Made by a program: the position numbers and the translations under genes. Under the pieces are notes generated by a model. That model saw nothing but the letters and a program-made list of their open reading frames with translations, had not been told where the DNA came from and did no database searches. From an uncultured Pseudomonadota bacterium (GTDB taxonomy: Bacteria > Pseudomonadota > Gammaproteobacteria > Steroidobacterales > Steroidobacteraceae), in the NCBI GenBank assembly GCA_963716335.1, contig OY970302.1:3655302-3719301 (forward strand): a DNA stretch of 64,000 nt, read 5' to 3'. Below, piece after piece: positions 11,163-19,407 of this stretch (its first letter is position 1; the number at the start of each line of letters is the position of its first letter).

Positions 11163-11714
11163 ATGGTTCCGGTACGGAGGGTGGAGCGCGTGAAGGTGAA
11201 GGACCGTTGGCAAAACACCGCGATCGATTGGGACGAAGCTGCCGTGCAGCCGGCGGCGGCAGCTCCCCCCGATCGGCTGTGCAAATCCCTTATGGCCCGA
11301 CAGCTGCGTTCACATATCGCCCGCGAGCTCTACGATGATTCCGGCGCGATCACCGACGGCACGGCGATCTATACGCTTTCCGATCCGCGGGACCTTCGCG
11401 CCGTGCGCTATGTGGGACAGACCAGCGCTCCTCGCCGGCGATTCCTGCAACACCTGAATACCGCTCGACTGTGGCTGCCGCAGGAGCGCCCCTGGTGGGT
11501 GAAATCGCCCCGGCTGCGGCCCCTGTACGACTGGATTCGCGAGCTGTACCGCGATGATCGGCGTCTGCCTACGATGGTGGTATGCGACTGGGTGCGCACG
11601 GCCGCCGAGGCGCGAAGAGCCGAGCGGAACCGCATCGTGGCCTGTCTCGCGTGCCAATTGCCGCTGCTGAACATCGAGGCCGAAATACTCGGCCGGCAGA
11701 TTCCGCTGCTCTGA
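11163..11714 (+). CDS. Free-standing GIY-YIG nuclease-domain protein
   Basis: AIYTLSDPRDLRAVRYVGQTSAPRRRFLQHL...PLYDWIRELY...AEARRAERNRIVACL...LLNIE matches the GIY-(10 aa)-YVG, Arg, and downstream Glu/Asn pattern of the GIY-YIG catalytic core. No recognisable DNA-binding extension. Start is ambiguous (11163 or 11292). Confidence 0.6.
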   Translation: MVPVRRVERVKVKDRWQNTAIDWDEAAVQPAAAAPPDRLCKSLMARQLRSHIARELYDDSGAITDGTAIYTLSDPRDLRAVRYVGQTSAPRRRFLQHLNTARLWLPQERPWWVKSPRLRPLYDWIRELYRDDRRLPTMVVCDWVRTAAEARRAERNRIVACLACQLPLLNIEAEILGRQIPLL

Positions 11715-11725
11715 GGGCGCTGCTT

Positions 11726-13186
11726 TCAGGATTTCGGCGCCGTCGCGCTGGCGGTCGTTCCGGCGCGGCTGAAGTCGAATTGCAGCAGCCAGTGCCGCGT
11801 GCTGTCATTGTCTGCCGGCACGAACTTCCATTTGTCGGCGGCCTCGCTCGCCAGACGCAGGAAATATTTGCTGGGGCCGGCGAGCTCGATGGTCTGGTCC
11901 GCCACGGCGCCCGCGCTATCGACGGACACCCGAATGAGTACCTTGATGTGACCGCGGATCGTGTCGCGCGCGCTCCGAGGGACGTTGGGGATCTCTTCGC
12001 GAACGACGGATGGCGAGCTGACCGGAGATGTAGTGGACAGCTGTTGAGGAGTAACCGGCGCAGCGACCGATGTCGATGCGGCGGGCGCAGGTTTCACGTC
12101 GGCGGCAGTCGGCGATGGCACGATTGCAGCAGCCGCGCCCGGGGGGTTCTCCGACACCGCTGCCGGTGCCGCAGGCTCGCGCGATGCCGGACGGGATGCC
12201 GAGCCGATCATGGCAGGCGGGCTTGCACGCAGCCGTAACAAGCGCAGGCCGGCCCATGCGCCCAGCAGAACGATCACCAATGCCAGGATGAGCGGAACGG
12301 CAGAGCGATGGCGTCGTGACCGGTCGACGTGCGCCACATGACGCTCGGTTGCAGCGGCCACCGAAGCAGCAGCGACCGCTTCAGCGGTTACGGGCTGTGC
12401 AGGGCGCTCGGACGCGGGTGATCGGCCTGCGAGCATGGTTTCCAGATCCGCAGCCGTCGGTCGACTGGCCGGATCGGCACTCAGGCATCGCTTGATGATC
12501 TTGACGAATGCCGGCGGCAGGTCGGCGGGAAGCGAGCGCAGCTCCAGACGACCCTCGTGGAAGAGCGGCTCCCGCTGGGTGATCGCCTGCACGAACGTGA
12601 TCCCGAGGGCCCAGATGTCGCCCGCACCCGATAGCGCGCCATGCTTCGCTTCCGGCGGATCGCCTGATTGCGACTCTGCGCTCACCGCTCTGGGTTCCCC
12701 TGCCGGCCGGATCGTATCGCTCGCAAGTGTCAGACGATCGTTTACGACCAGGACGTTGGCCGGCGTCAGATGACCCTGGACGAGATTCTGACGGTGCAGG
12801 AACTCAAGCGCCCCGAGAGTGGGCAGCAGCATCGCTCGCGCCTCCTGCGCAGTCAGCGGGCGCTGCGGAAGAATCTCCGCGAGCGTCTCCTGAGCGTATT
12901 CCATGACGACGAAGAGGAACTGCCGCTCGCCGAGCTGGCAGCGCCCGCAATCCAGGAGCCGGGTGAGGTGGGGGTGGGAGAGTGCGGCGGCCGTCTTCCA
13001 GTATGCGAGCTGGCGCCCTGCGAGCGCCTCAGGCGCTGTGATCAGTTTGATTACCGCGGCGTCGGGACCGTGCCCCTGGTGGTCGGTGAGGAAAACTGCG
13101 CTGTGTTCGCTTCCCCTCAAGAAACGACGTAATGGAAACACGCCGTTGACAAGCTGGCCTTCCCACCGCGTCCAGACCTCGGTCAT
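11726..13186 (-). CDS. Kinase-like (probably catalytically degenerate) domain - TM - Pro/Ala-rich linker - TonB C-terminal domain protein
   Basis: Hanks-type landmarks are present: AAVIKLI, VVMEYAQ, DIWALGITF, RPTAADL. The catalytic loop reads LVQGHLTPANVLV instead of HRDLKPxN, and the DFG position reads LASDT. TM segment AVPLILALVIVLLGAWAGL. C-terminus PNVPRSARDTIRGHIKVLIRVSVDSAGAV...LASEAADKWKFVPA is TonB_C-like. Good SD (GGAGGAAGGGGG) before the ATG at 13186. Confidence 0.75.
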   Translation of the reverse strand: MTEVWTRWEGQLVNGVFPLRRFLRGSEHSAVFLTDHQGHGPDAAVIKLITAPEALAGRQLAYWKTAAALSHPHLTRLLDCGRCQLGERQFLFVVMEYAQETLAEILPQRPLTAQEARAMLLPTLGALEFLHRQNLVQGHLTPANVLVVNDRLTLASDTIRPAGEPRAVSAESQSGDPPEAKHGALSGAGDIWALGITFVQAITQREPLFHEGRLELRSLPADLPPAFVKIIKRCLSADPASRPTAADLETMLAGRSPASERPAQPVTAEAVAAASVAAATERHVAHVDRSRRHRSAVPLILALVIVLLGAWAGLRLLRLRASPPAMIGSASRPASREPAAPAAVSENPPGAAAAIVPSPTAADVKPAPAASTSVAAPVTPQQLSTTSPVSSPSVVREEIPNVPRSARDTIRGHIKVLIRVSVDSAGAVADQTIELAGPSKYFLRLASEAADKWKFVPADNDSTRHWLLQFDFSRAGTTASATAPKS

Positions 13187-13260
13187 CGTTCCCCCTTCCT
13201 CCGCGTTCAGAACAGGATGACGCACCTGGTATGTGCATTCCAAGATACCACCAAGCGCGC

Positions 13261-14523
13261 TCAGAATACGAACATCGCGGCTCCCGCCGCAAACATCAGC
13301 ACCGTCGTGATTCCCACGACCGTGCGCGTGACGAGTGAGCTGATCTGCCCGCGCATGATCCGGCGGTCGCTTGCCACCAGCAGCACCGCCGACAGCAGGA
13401 AGGGCGCCAGCACCCCGTTGACGATGGCCGACCACAGCAGCGCCTTGATCGGATCCACGCGCAAAAAATCCAGCAGCGCGCCGGCAACCGTGGCGAGGAT
13501 GAACACCGAGTAGAACGAGACCGCATTGTGGAATTTCTCATCCAAGCCGTAAGCCCAGTCGAAAGTCTCCGCAAAGGCGTAGGCGGCGGAGCCTGCGAGC
13601 GTTGGAATTGCCAGCAGACCGGTGCCGATGATACCGATGGTGTACAGAAGGTAAGCGTGCTGGCCCGCCAGCGGTCGCAATGCTGCAGCCGCTTCCTTGG
13701 TCGTGGCGATATCGGTCACGCCGTGGCGATTCAGAGTCAGCGCGGTCGTGAGGATGATGAAGAACATGACGATGTTCGAAAAGAAAGTACCGACGCCGAC
13801 GTCGATGCGACGATCGGCAATCTCGCCCGACGTCGCGCCCTGGCGGTGCACCAGCAGCCGGCGGCCGCGGGCGCGCTCTTCTTCGACTTCCTGGCCGGCT
13901 TGCCAGAAGAACAGATAGGGGCTGATGGTCGTGCCGAGAATGGCCACCAGCGTGGCCCATGCCTGCGAGCCGTGGGGCCATGTCGGCAGGATCGTGTCAT
14001 GCAGCACGCGGTGCCAGTCGGGGTGTGCCAGGAATGCCGTCAGCACGTAGGCAAACAGCGCCACCGCCAACCACCTGAGCACGTTCGCGATCTGGTGGTA
14101 GCGCAGCAGCACGGTCGCAATGCAGATACCTACGCCGAAGATCCACACGTACGCATGCGAGGAACCCATGCCGAGCATCTCGGCGGCGTCCGCCATGCCG
14201 GCGAGGTCCGAGGCGATATTGATGGTGTTGGCGACGAGCAGGGAGACTGCGATCAGCCCTACGATCCAGCGCGGAAATTTTTCGCGCAGCGCGCCGGCGA
14301 GCCCACTGCCGGTGACCATGCCGATGCGCGCGCACATCATCTGCACGCAACCCATCAATGGCCAGGTGATCAAGGCCGACCACAGGAAAGCAGTACCGTA
14401 CTGTGCCCCTGCGACCGAATACGTGGCGACACCCGACGGGTCGTCATCGGCGGCGCCCGTCGTGACGCCTGGACCCAACGCGCGCAGCACGCGCTTCGCA
14501 CCGGAAAGAACCCTGAACATCAC
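13261..14523 (-). CDS. mntH: NRAMP-family divalent metal (Mn2+/Fe2+) transporter
   Basis: GPGVTTGAADDDPSGVATYSVAGAQYG...MGCVQMMCARIGMVTG shows typical NRAMP N-terminal motifs. About 11 hydrophobic segments; 420 aa. Confidence 0.88.
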   Translation of the reverse strand: MMFRVLSGAKRVLRALGPGVTTGAADDDPSGVATYSVAGAQYGTAFLWSALITWPLMGCVQMMCARIGMVTGSGLAGALREKFPRWIVGLIAVSLLVANTINIASDLAGMADAAEMLGMGSSHAYVWIFGVGICIATVLLRYHQIANVLRWLAVALFAYVLTAFLAHPDWHRVLHDTILPTWPHGSQAWATLVAILGTTISPYLFFWQAGQEVEEERARGRRLLVHRQGATSGEIADRRIDVGVGTFFSNIVMFFIILTTALTLNRHGVTDIATTKEAAAALRPLAGQHAYLLYTIGIIGTGLLAIPTLAGSAAYAFAETFDWAYGLDEKFHNAVSFYSVFILATVAGALLDFLRVDPIKALLWSAIVNGVLAPFLLSAVLLVASDRRIMRGQISSLVTRTVVGITTVLMFAAGAAMFVF

Positions 14524-14615
14524 GAGACCTGTTTCATTCGCAGGTTATGTTTTTGATTTCACTTGCCCCAGCCGACCGTGCTGACGGCGGTGCGACAGTG
14601 GGCGCTGCGGATGGA

Positions 14616-15683
14616 TCAGCTCATGTGATGAGTCTCCAGCGCACAGTCGACATGTTCATCCACTTCCACCTGGATGGTCGCGTGAGCGATGCCAAAGCGC
14701 TCGTTGAGGCTTTGCGCCAGTCTCACGAGTGAATCATCGCCCGGGTGGCCGCCGGGCATGAGACAGTGACAGGTGAGGGCCGTCTCCGTGGTGCTCATCG
14801 CCCAGATGTGCAGGTCGTGAATGGCCGTCACACCGGCTTGCTCTGCGATGAATGCGCGCACTTCCGCCAGTTTGAGCTCAGCGGGCACGGCATCGAGCGA
14901 CATCCCCAGCGCATCACGCAGCAACGCCCAGGTGCCCAGCAGGATGACCACCGACACGGCCAGACTCACGAGCGGATCGATCCTGGTCCATCCCGTCAGC
15001 ACGATCGCCGCTCCCGCCACCACGACACCCAGCGAGACCAGTGCGTCGTAGGCCATGTGCAGATAGGCGGCGCGTAGATTGATGTCGCGCTTGCGCCCGG
15101 ACGCAAACAGCCACGCGGTCGTCCCGTTGATCACGATGCCGATCGCAGCCACGAAAATCATCGTGATGCCGGCAACCGGCGCAGGGTGCAGCAGGCGCCG
15201 GATGGCCTCGATGGCGATCGCCCCCACAGTCAGCAGCAGCAGTACCGAATTGGCGAGCGCCGCGAGAATGGTGCCGCGCTGCAAGCCGTACGTGTACGTT
15301 TCGCAGGGCGCGCGGCGGGCGAGAACCGCGGCAACCCACGCCAGCAGCAGGCCGAGAACATCGGCCAGGTTGTGCCCGGCATCCGCCACGAGGGCGATGG
15401 AATTCGAAAACAGACCGTAGGCAATTTCCACCCCGACGAAGCCGAGATTGAGTGCCGTGCCGATGGCAAAGGCCGTACCGAAGCTTTTCGGCGCGTGCCC
15501 GTGCGCATGGTCCGCATGCGAATGCGACCCCGCATGGTCATGCGGGTCGGCGCCGTGCCCGGAATGGGCATCCTGCTGCGCATGGGAATGGGCGTGCGGA
15601 GCGCTGTGCGCAGAATCGTCAGGGGCACGAAGGTCAGATGGCATGGAGGCGTCTCGGTGCAAATCGAAGGAGCCGACGGTCAT
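14616..15683 (-). CDS. czcD: Cation diffusion facilitator exporter (CzcD/ZitB-like) with a His-rich N-terminal tail
   Basis: N-terminus HSAPHAHSHAQQDAHSGHGADPHDHAGSHSHADHAHGH, then CDF signature ...NSIALVADAGHNLADVLGL..., HMAYDALVSL, and C-terminal domain AIHDLHIWAMS. The alternative start at 15644 is also possible. Confidence 0.9.
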   Translation of the reverse strand: MTVGSFDLHRDASMPSDLRAPDDSAHSAPHAHSHAQQDAHSGHGADPHDHAGSHSHADHAHGHAPKSFGTAFAIGTALNLGFVGVEIAYGLFSNSIALVADAGHNLADVLGLLLAWVAAVLARRAPCETYTYGLQRGTILAALANSVLLLLTVGAIAIEAIRRLLHPAPVAGITMIFVAAIGIVINGTTAWLFASGRKRDINLRAAYLHMAYDALVSLGVVVAGAAIVLTGWTRIDPLVSLAVSVVILLGTWALLRDALGMSLDAVPAELKLAEVRAFIAEQAGVTAIHDLHIWAMSTTETALTCHCLMPGGHPGDDSLVRLAQSLNERFGIAHATIQVEVDEHVDCALETHHMS

Positions 15684-15711
15684 GAATCGACGATGCTTGG
15701 GTGGCTGGCCG

Positions 15712-15993
15712 TCATCGCTTCAGGTACTGATGGACTATCTCGACGAGCTCCTCGGCGGCCGCGGCGCGCGGATCATCACGCCCGGCGCGCTGATCGACCA
15801 TGTGCTCGCGAATGTGATCCTCGATCACCTCGGCGATGAATCCGTCCAGGGCGCCGCGGCAAGCGGTGGCCTGCTGCAGTACGTCGGCGCATTCCTCGCC
15901 GGACTCGACCGCCCGCCCGATCGCCTCGATCTGCCCGCGCAGCCGCTTCACCCGATTGAGCAGCTTTGCCTTTTCGTTCGCCACATGTCCCAT
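15712..15993 (-). CDS. CsoR/RcnR/FrmR-family metal-sensing repressor (RcnR-like H-C-H-H fingerprint)
   Basis: 93-aa MGHVANEKAKLLNRVKRLRGQIEAIGRAVESGEECADVLQQATACRGALDGFIAEVIEDHIREHM..., a DUF156-type helical bundle with His3, Cys35, His60 and His64. Lies 28 nt upstream of the CDF gene. The 174-aa ORF extension is rejected. Confidence 0.85.
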   Translation of the reverse strand: MGHVANEKAKLLNRVKRLRGQIEAIGRAVESGEECADVLQQATACRGALDGFIAEVIEDHIREHMVDQRAGRDDPRAAAAEELVEIVHQYLKR

Positions 15994-16033
15994 GGTGCTG
16001 CGCTCTCCTGCCGCGACGCTCGGGTGTGATGGG

Positions 16034-17401
16034 TCAGATCTGCGCATGCACGCGCACTGTGAAGATCGAAATCGGACCGCGATCCTCGTTGTACGCCGGA
16101 TTGCGCACCCACTGGTAGTCCATCGTGAGGCGCACGGCGCCGAGGATCGCCAGCTCATAATACGTCTCCAGGATCTGCTCCGACCCGGGGTGTGGCAATT
16201 TGCCATCGCCGACGAGGATGCCCAGTCCCCCGGCATTCAGAAAGCGTTGACGCTGTGTCGAGATGCCATTCACGATTCCGGCGACACCAACCTTGTCTTG
16301 CGCGCGGCCCCAGCGCGAGCCCTTGAGGGCCAGTCCGGCAGTAACCGTCCGGTCCACGTCCGTGAATTCGTAGACCTCGACGTTGCCTGCAGCCCATCCT
16401 GCCCGCGCGAACATCCCGAGGTCCGTCGCGATGTCCTGCTCGAGGTTCACATCCACTCCGATTCGTCCCCGATACTGCCGCACCGCACTGACATCAACCG
16501 TTTGCCCCGTCTGCTGCGCAAGTCGCACCGCGGCATCCAACGCTCCCATGCGCCCGCGCGAGTCGAAGGCGGTGAGCAGGAGCCTTCCCGAACGTCCCCA
16601 CAGCTCGTGACGCCTTTCCAGCTCCGCCAGCAGCTGAAATTCGTGGAAGCCGGGATCCAGGTGCACACTGTTGGGCACGGTGGACAAGTCGAAAGCACCC
16701 CCGCGCAGCGTCCACGGCCCCTGATACCACTCGAGCGCAATGCCGACGGTGTAACCCCACGCGTCCGCCGCATAGTCGAACGTGCCCGCATCGACCGCGG
16801 TCCAGTTCAGGAAGTCATCCCGGGGATCGTGCGCGTACTGGTTGGTGTCGAAAATATCGGTGACGCTGAATTTCCCGATGGTCCACACCAATCGATTGGA
16901 GCTGCGCTCGCTTCCGAGCTGCAACAGATCCGGCGGGACATCTTCAGTGGTGCCGCCCAGATCGTGGCTCTGCCGAATGAACAGCCGCGGTAGGCGCAGA
17001 TAGGGCTTGTTCCTGCCGACTTTGTAGGCCTCGCCGCTCGGGAAGCCCGCGAGTCCGAGCGTATCGTCCAGACCGAATCCCTGATCGATTTCGGGCACGA
17101 TCCAGCCTTCGGCACCGGGCCACAAGCGCGCCCCCAGATAGAGAGTGGCATCCGTGGTCTCGCGTCCGCGATCGGGGGTGAGGCTGTTGGGGCCACGGTA
17201 GGGGGCCCGGAAATTCGAGGCTTCCTGCTCCACGTAGGTGAATTGACCATGCACGGCGAAACGTCCGGGATCCTGCTGCTCATCCGCCGACGGAGTCTCG
17301 GCCACGACGATGCGCGAAGCCGCGCCGCCAACGAACAGCGCAGCCCAGAACCAGAACCAGGACCAGGACGCAGGTCGTAATCGTGTGCTCGGCAAGCGCA
17401 T
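16034..17401 (-). CDS. Carbohydrate-selective porin, OprB family
   Basis: Signal MRLPSTRLRPASWSWFWFWAALFVGGAASRIVVA, then GQFTYVEQEASNFRAPYRGPNSL...YLGARLWPGAEGW..EIDQGFGL...AGFPSGEAYKVG...RLFIRQ is the hallmark OprB N-terminal region. Ends in an aromatic-rich beta-barrel terminus. Confidence 0.85.
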   Translation of the reverse strand: MRLPSTRLRPASWSWFWFWAALFVGGAASRIVVAETPSADEQQDPGRFAVHGQFTYVEQEASNFRAPYRGPNSLTPDRGRETTDATLYLGARLWPGAEGWIVPEIDQGFGLDDTLGLAGFPSGEAYKVGRNKPYLRLPRLFIRQSHDLGGTTEDVPPDLLQLGSERSSNRLVWTIGKFSVTDIFDTNQYAHDPRDDFLNWTAVDAGTFDYAADAWGYTVGIALEWYQGPWTLRGGAFDLSTVPNSVHLDPGFHEFQLLAELERRHELWGRSGRLLLTAFDSRGRMGALDAAVRLAQQTGQTVDVSAVRQYRGRIGVDVNLEQDIATDLGMFARAGWAAGNVEVYEFTDVDRTVTAGLALKGSRWGRAQDKVGVAGIVNGISTQRQRFLNAGGLGILVGDGKLPHPGSEQILETYYELAILGAVRLTMDYQWVRNPAYNEDRGPISIFTVRVHAQI

Positions 17402-17580
17402 CGCATTCCGTCTCGTCGGTCGCGGCAAATATACCATGGGGGAGTATAGTACTACAACGAAAAAGCAGGCACCGGCGGCGGGCGGCTACTGCGGTGCGCT
17501 TATCTGCCGCGGCAGCGGCGCGGTTGGCGTAAAATGTGCGGGCCTCGCCAGGGCCTGATCCTGATCGCGCGGCGTGCAGC

Positions 17581-18132
17581 ATGACCACGCCCGACGAACC
17601 AACGCTCGAAAATTCCCACCCCGGCCCACCGCGCAAGCCGGTGGTTCTCACGTTGGTTGTGGGCATCGTCATACTCGCGCTCGTCGGCGTGGGCGGCTAC
17701 GCTCGCCGGCTCTCACAGCAGCGGGCCCAGCTCCGGGGGCAGCTCATCGCGCAGGAACGTGCCAACGTCGAATTGCGCGAGCAGCTCACGAAAGCGGAAG
17801 TCGCCGTACAGGAAAAGGCTGCCGCGCTTGCCTCGCGCGAGAGCGCATTGGCCGATGCCACGCAGCCGGAATTGCCCGTGCGCGTGTCGTTCCGGCCCGC
17901 CTGGATGGGGCAGGGAATGGTCGCCACGTTTCAGAACGTGGGTTCGCGGGAGCTCAATCTGATGGTGGAGTTTCGTGACGCCAACGCCCATGCCGAACGC
18001 GACTTTGCGTTGGTAGTGGCCGCGGGCGCCACCGCCGAAGTAGGCCACGCCCAGGGGTGGCTCGTCAGCTCCGGACAGAGCGTACACGTTGCTGCGAGTG
18101 GCTACCGCAGCGTGACGGCCTTCGCCCCGTGA
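17581..18132 (+). CDS. Hypothetical single-pass membrane protein with a coiled-coil and a C-terminal beta-rich domain
   Basis: ATG at 17581; TM VVLTLVVGIVILALVGVGGY; heptad-like QRAQLRGQLIAQERANVELREQLTKAEVAVQEKAAAL. High GC3 codon bias in this frame. No family recognised. Confidence 0.6.
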   Translation: MTTPDEPTLENSHPGPPRKPVVLTLVVGIVILALVGVGGYARRLSQQRAQLRGQLIAQERANVELREQLTKAEVAVQEKAAALASRESALADATQPELPVRVSFRPAWMGQGMVATFQNVGSRELNLMVEFRDANAHAERDFALVVAAGATAEVGHAQGWLVSSGQSVHVAASGYRSVTAFAP

Positions 18133-18230
18133 GGCCTTCGCCCGTGAACCCCGACGCCATAGTGCTTCTCTTCGCCCCCGTAGCCATATTACGATCCAGC
18201 CTTCGGGGCCTGCGATCGGGAGCGCAGATC

Positions 18231-18530
18231 ATGAAAAACCTTGCCGTCATTGTCTCGTCGGCCATTCTTCTCATGTCACTGTCCGCGCACGCGGACAACT
18301 CGCAGCAGGACCGGATGAAGGATTGCAACGCCCAGGCGAAGAGCCAATCGCTCAGCGGCGATGCGCGCAAGTCCTTCATGAAAACCTGCCTGTCGGGCCA
18401 GTCTGCAGCGGCGGAGCCGAAACTCAATTCCCAGCAGTTGAAAATGAAGCAGTGCAACGCGGATGCCAAGGCGAAAGGACTCAGCGGCGATGCGCGCAAG
18501 AGCTACATGAGTTCCTGCCTGAAGGGATAG
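18231..18530 (+). CDS. psiF: PsiF-repeat protein (phosphate-starvation-inducible PsiF-like), secreted
   Basis: Signal MKNLAVIVSSAILLMSLSAHA plus two PsiF repeats (MKDCNAQAKSQSLSGDARKSFMKTCLSG and MKQCNADAKAKGLSGDARKSYMSSCLKG). Confidence 0.8.
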   Translation: MKNLAVIVSSAILLMSLSAHADNSQQDRMKDCNAQAKSQSLSGDARKSFMKTCLSGQSAAAEPKLNSQQLKMKQCNADAKAKGLSGDARKSYMSSCLKG

Positions 18531-18644
18531 CGGCCGCGGCGGGCGCCACCCTGAGATAATGCAGGCGCCAGCCGGGGCGCGTTGCTCTGGTGAGTTGCCG
18601 GACCTACACTGGCCCGGCATCTGTTGCTCAGCGACGGAATAAGA

Positions 18645-18938
18645 ATGAACGATTTGGCCAAGTATTTCGGCCGGACCCTGCACCACAAGCGGCTCAGTGA
18701 TTCCACCGGTGCGATCGCGGGTTTGGCGAGCGGCGTGTCGGTACTTTGCGGACTCATCGCTGCGCACTACGCACCGCGGGGCGTGCACCGGCTCGCGGTT
18801 TTCGTGCACCTGGGCAAGCAACCGCTGCTCGTGAAGCTGGCACCGCTGGTGGCGGGGGTCGCGGTGGCGTTTGCGATGGCCGCCGGCCTGATTCACTTCT
18901 ACTCCTGGTGCAAGGACCGCGAGGCGCACCTCGACTGA
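18645..18938 (+). CDS. Hypothetical small membrane protein
   Basis: Two hydrophobic segments (AIAGLASGVSVLCGLIAAHY and LAPLVAGVAVAFAMAAGLIHF) and reasonable GC3 bias. No family recognised. Start uncertain (TTG 18624 or ATG 18645). Confidence 0.4.
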   Translation: MNDLAKYFGRTLHHKRLSDSTGAIAGLASGVSVLCGLIAAHYAPRGVHRLAVFVHLGKQPLLVKLAPLVAGVAVAFAMAAGLIHFYSWCKDREAHLD

Positions 18939-19057
18939 GCCCGATAATGCCGCGCGGTCGCGTCGCTGGCTGCCCGGCGGCTTCAGCCGAAAGGTTGGGT
19001 TACGAGCGCGGGCCTGATCCTTGCTGAGCGCAGACCGGCAGATTCCGCACCGGTGCC

Positions 19058-19336
19058 ATGATGGACCTCGAAGACACGCTCAACCTCGAGCTGCCCGCCT
19101 ATCGGGTGGAGCGCCTGCGGGTCGCAGGCGGCGCGAGCTTTCGCGCCCGCCTTCGCGAATACCCACAATGCACCGGCTTTGGGGAAACTCCCGCAGAGGC
19201 GGTGCGCGCGGCCCGACATCAGCTGACGCATTTACGCGACGCGCAGGCGGCGGTCGCGGTCTGTGAGCTGCAGGACGAGACGTCCGACCGACTCCGCGAG
19301 GCCATTCGGACCCTCGTAATCCGCGCATTGGTTTAG
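19058..19336 (+). CDS. HicB-like (UPF0150 fold) small protein, possible orphan antitoxin
   Basis: SFRARLREYPQCTGFGETPAEAVRAARHQL fits the HicB N-terminal pattern (xPGCxxxGxTxEEAxxxxxEAL). No HicA-like ORF is adjacent. Confidence 0.5.
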   Translation: MMDLEDTLNLELPAYRVERLRVAGGASFRARLREYPQCTGFGETPAEAVRAARHQLTHLRDAQAAVAVCELQDETSDRLREAIRTLVIRALV

Positions 19337-19407
19337 CCTTGGGGTTCCGCTCCCGTAAACCCGTGCGCTCCGTCCTCGGGCGCACGGGTTTTCCGTCATG
19401 GAATTGC

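Noticed and set aside
14524-14615. Looked for an MntR or Fur box, or a yybP-ykoY Mn riboswitch, upstream of the NRAMP gene in the AT-richer spacer (…GTGAAATCAAAAACATAACCTGCGAATGAAACAGG…).
   Set aside because: - There is no convincing palindrome of the AAACATAGC-N-GCTATGTTT or GATAATGATAATCATTATC type.
- The spacer is too short, and lacks conserved helices, for the riboswitch.
- This is left as an unassigned leader.
15994-16033. Searched the 40-nt gap upstream of the RcnR-like gene for a TACT-G6-N-AGTA type operator.
   Set aside because: None is recognisable in the gap itself. An operator may lie inside the porin 3' end, but I could not identify it confidently by eye.
19058-19336. Considered calling a complete HicAB toxin-antitoxin system.
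   Set aside because: No HicA-like small basic ORF was found in the 120 nt upstream or the 70 nt downstream, in either orientation. Only the HicB-like fold is supported, and weakly.
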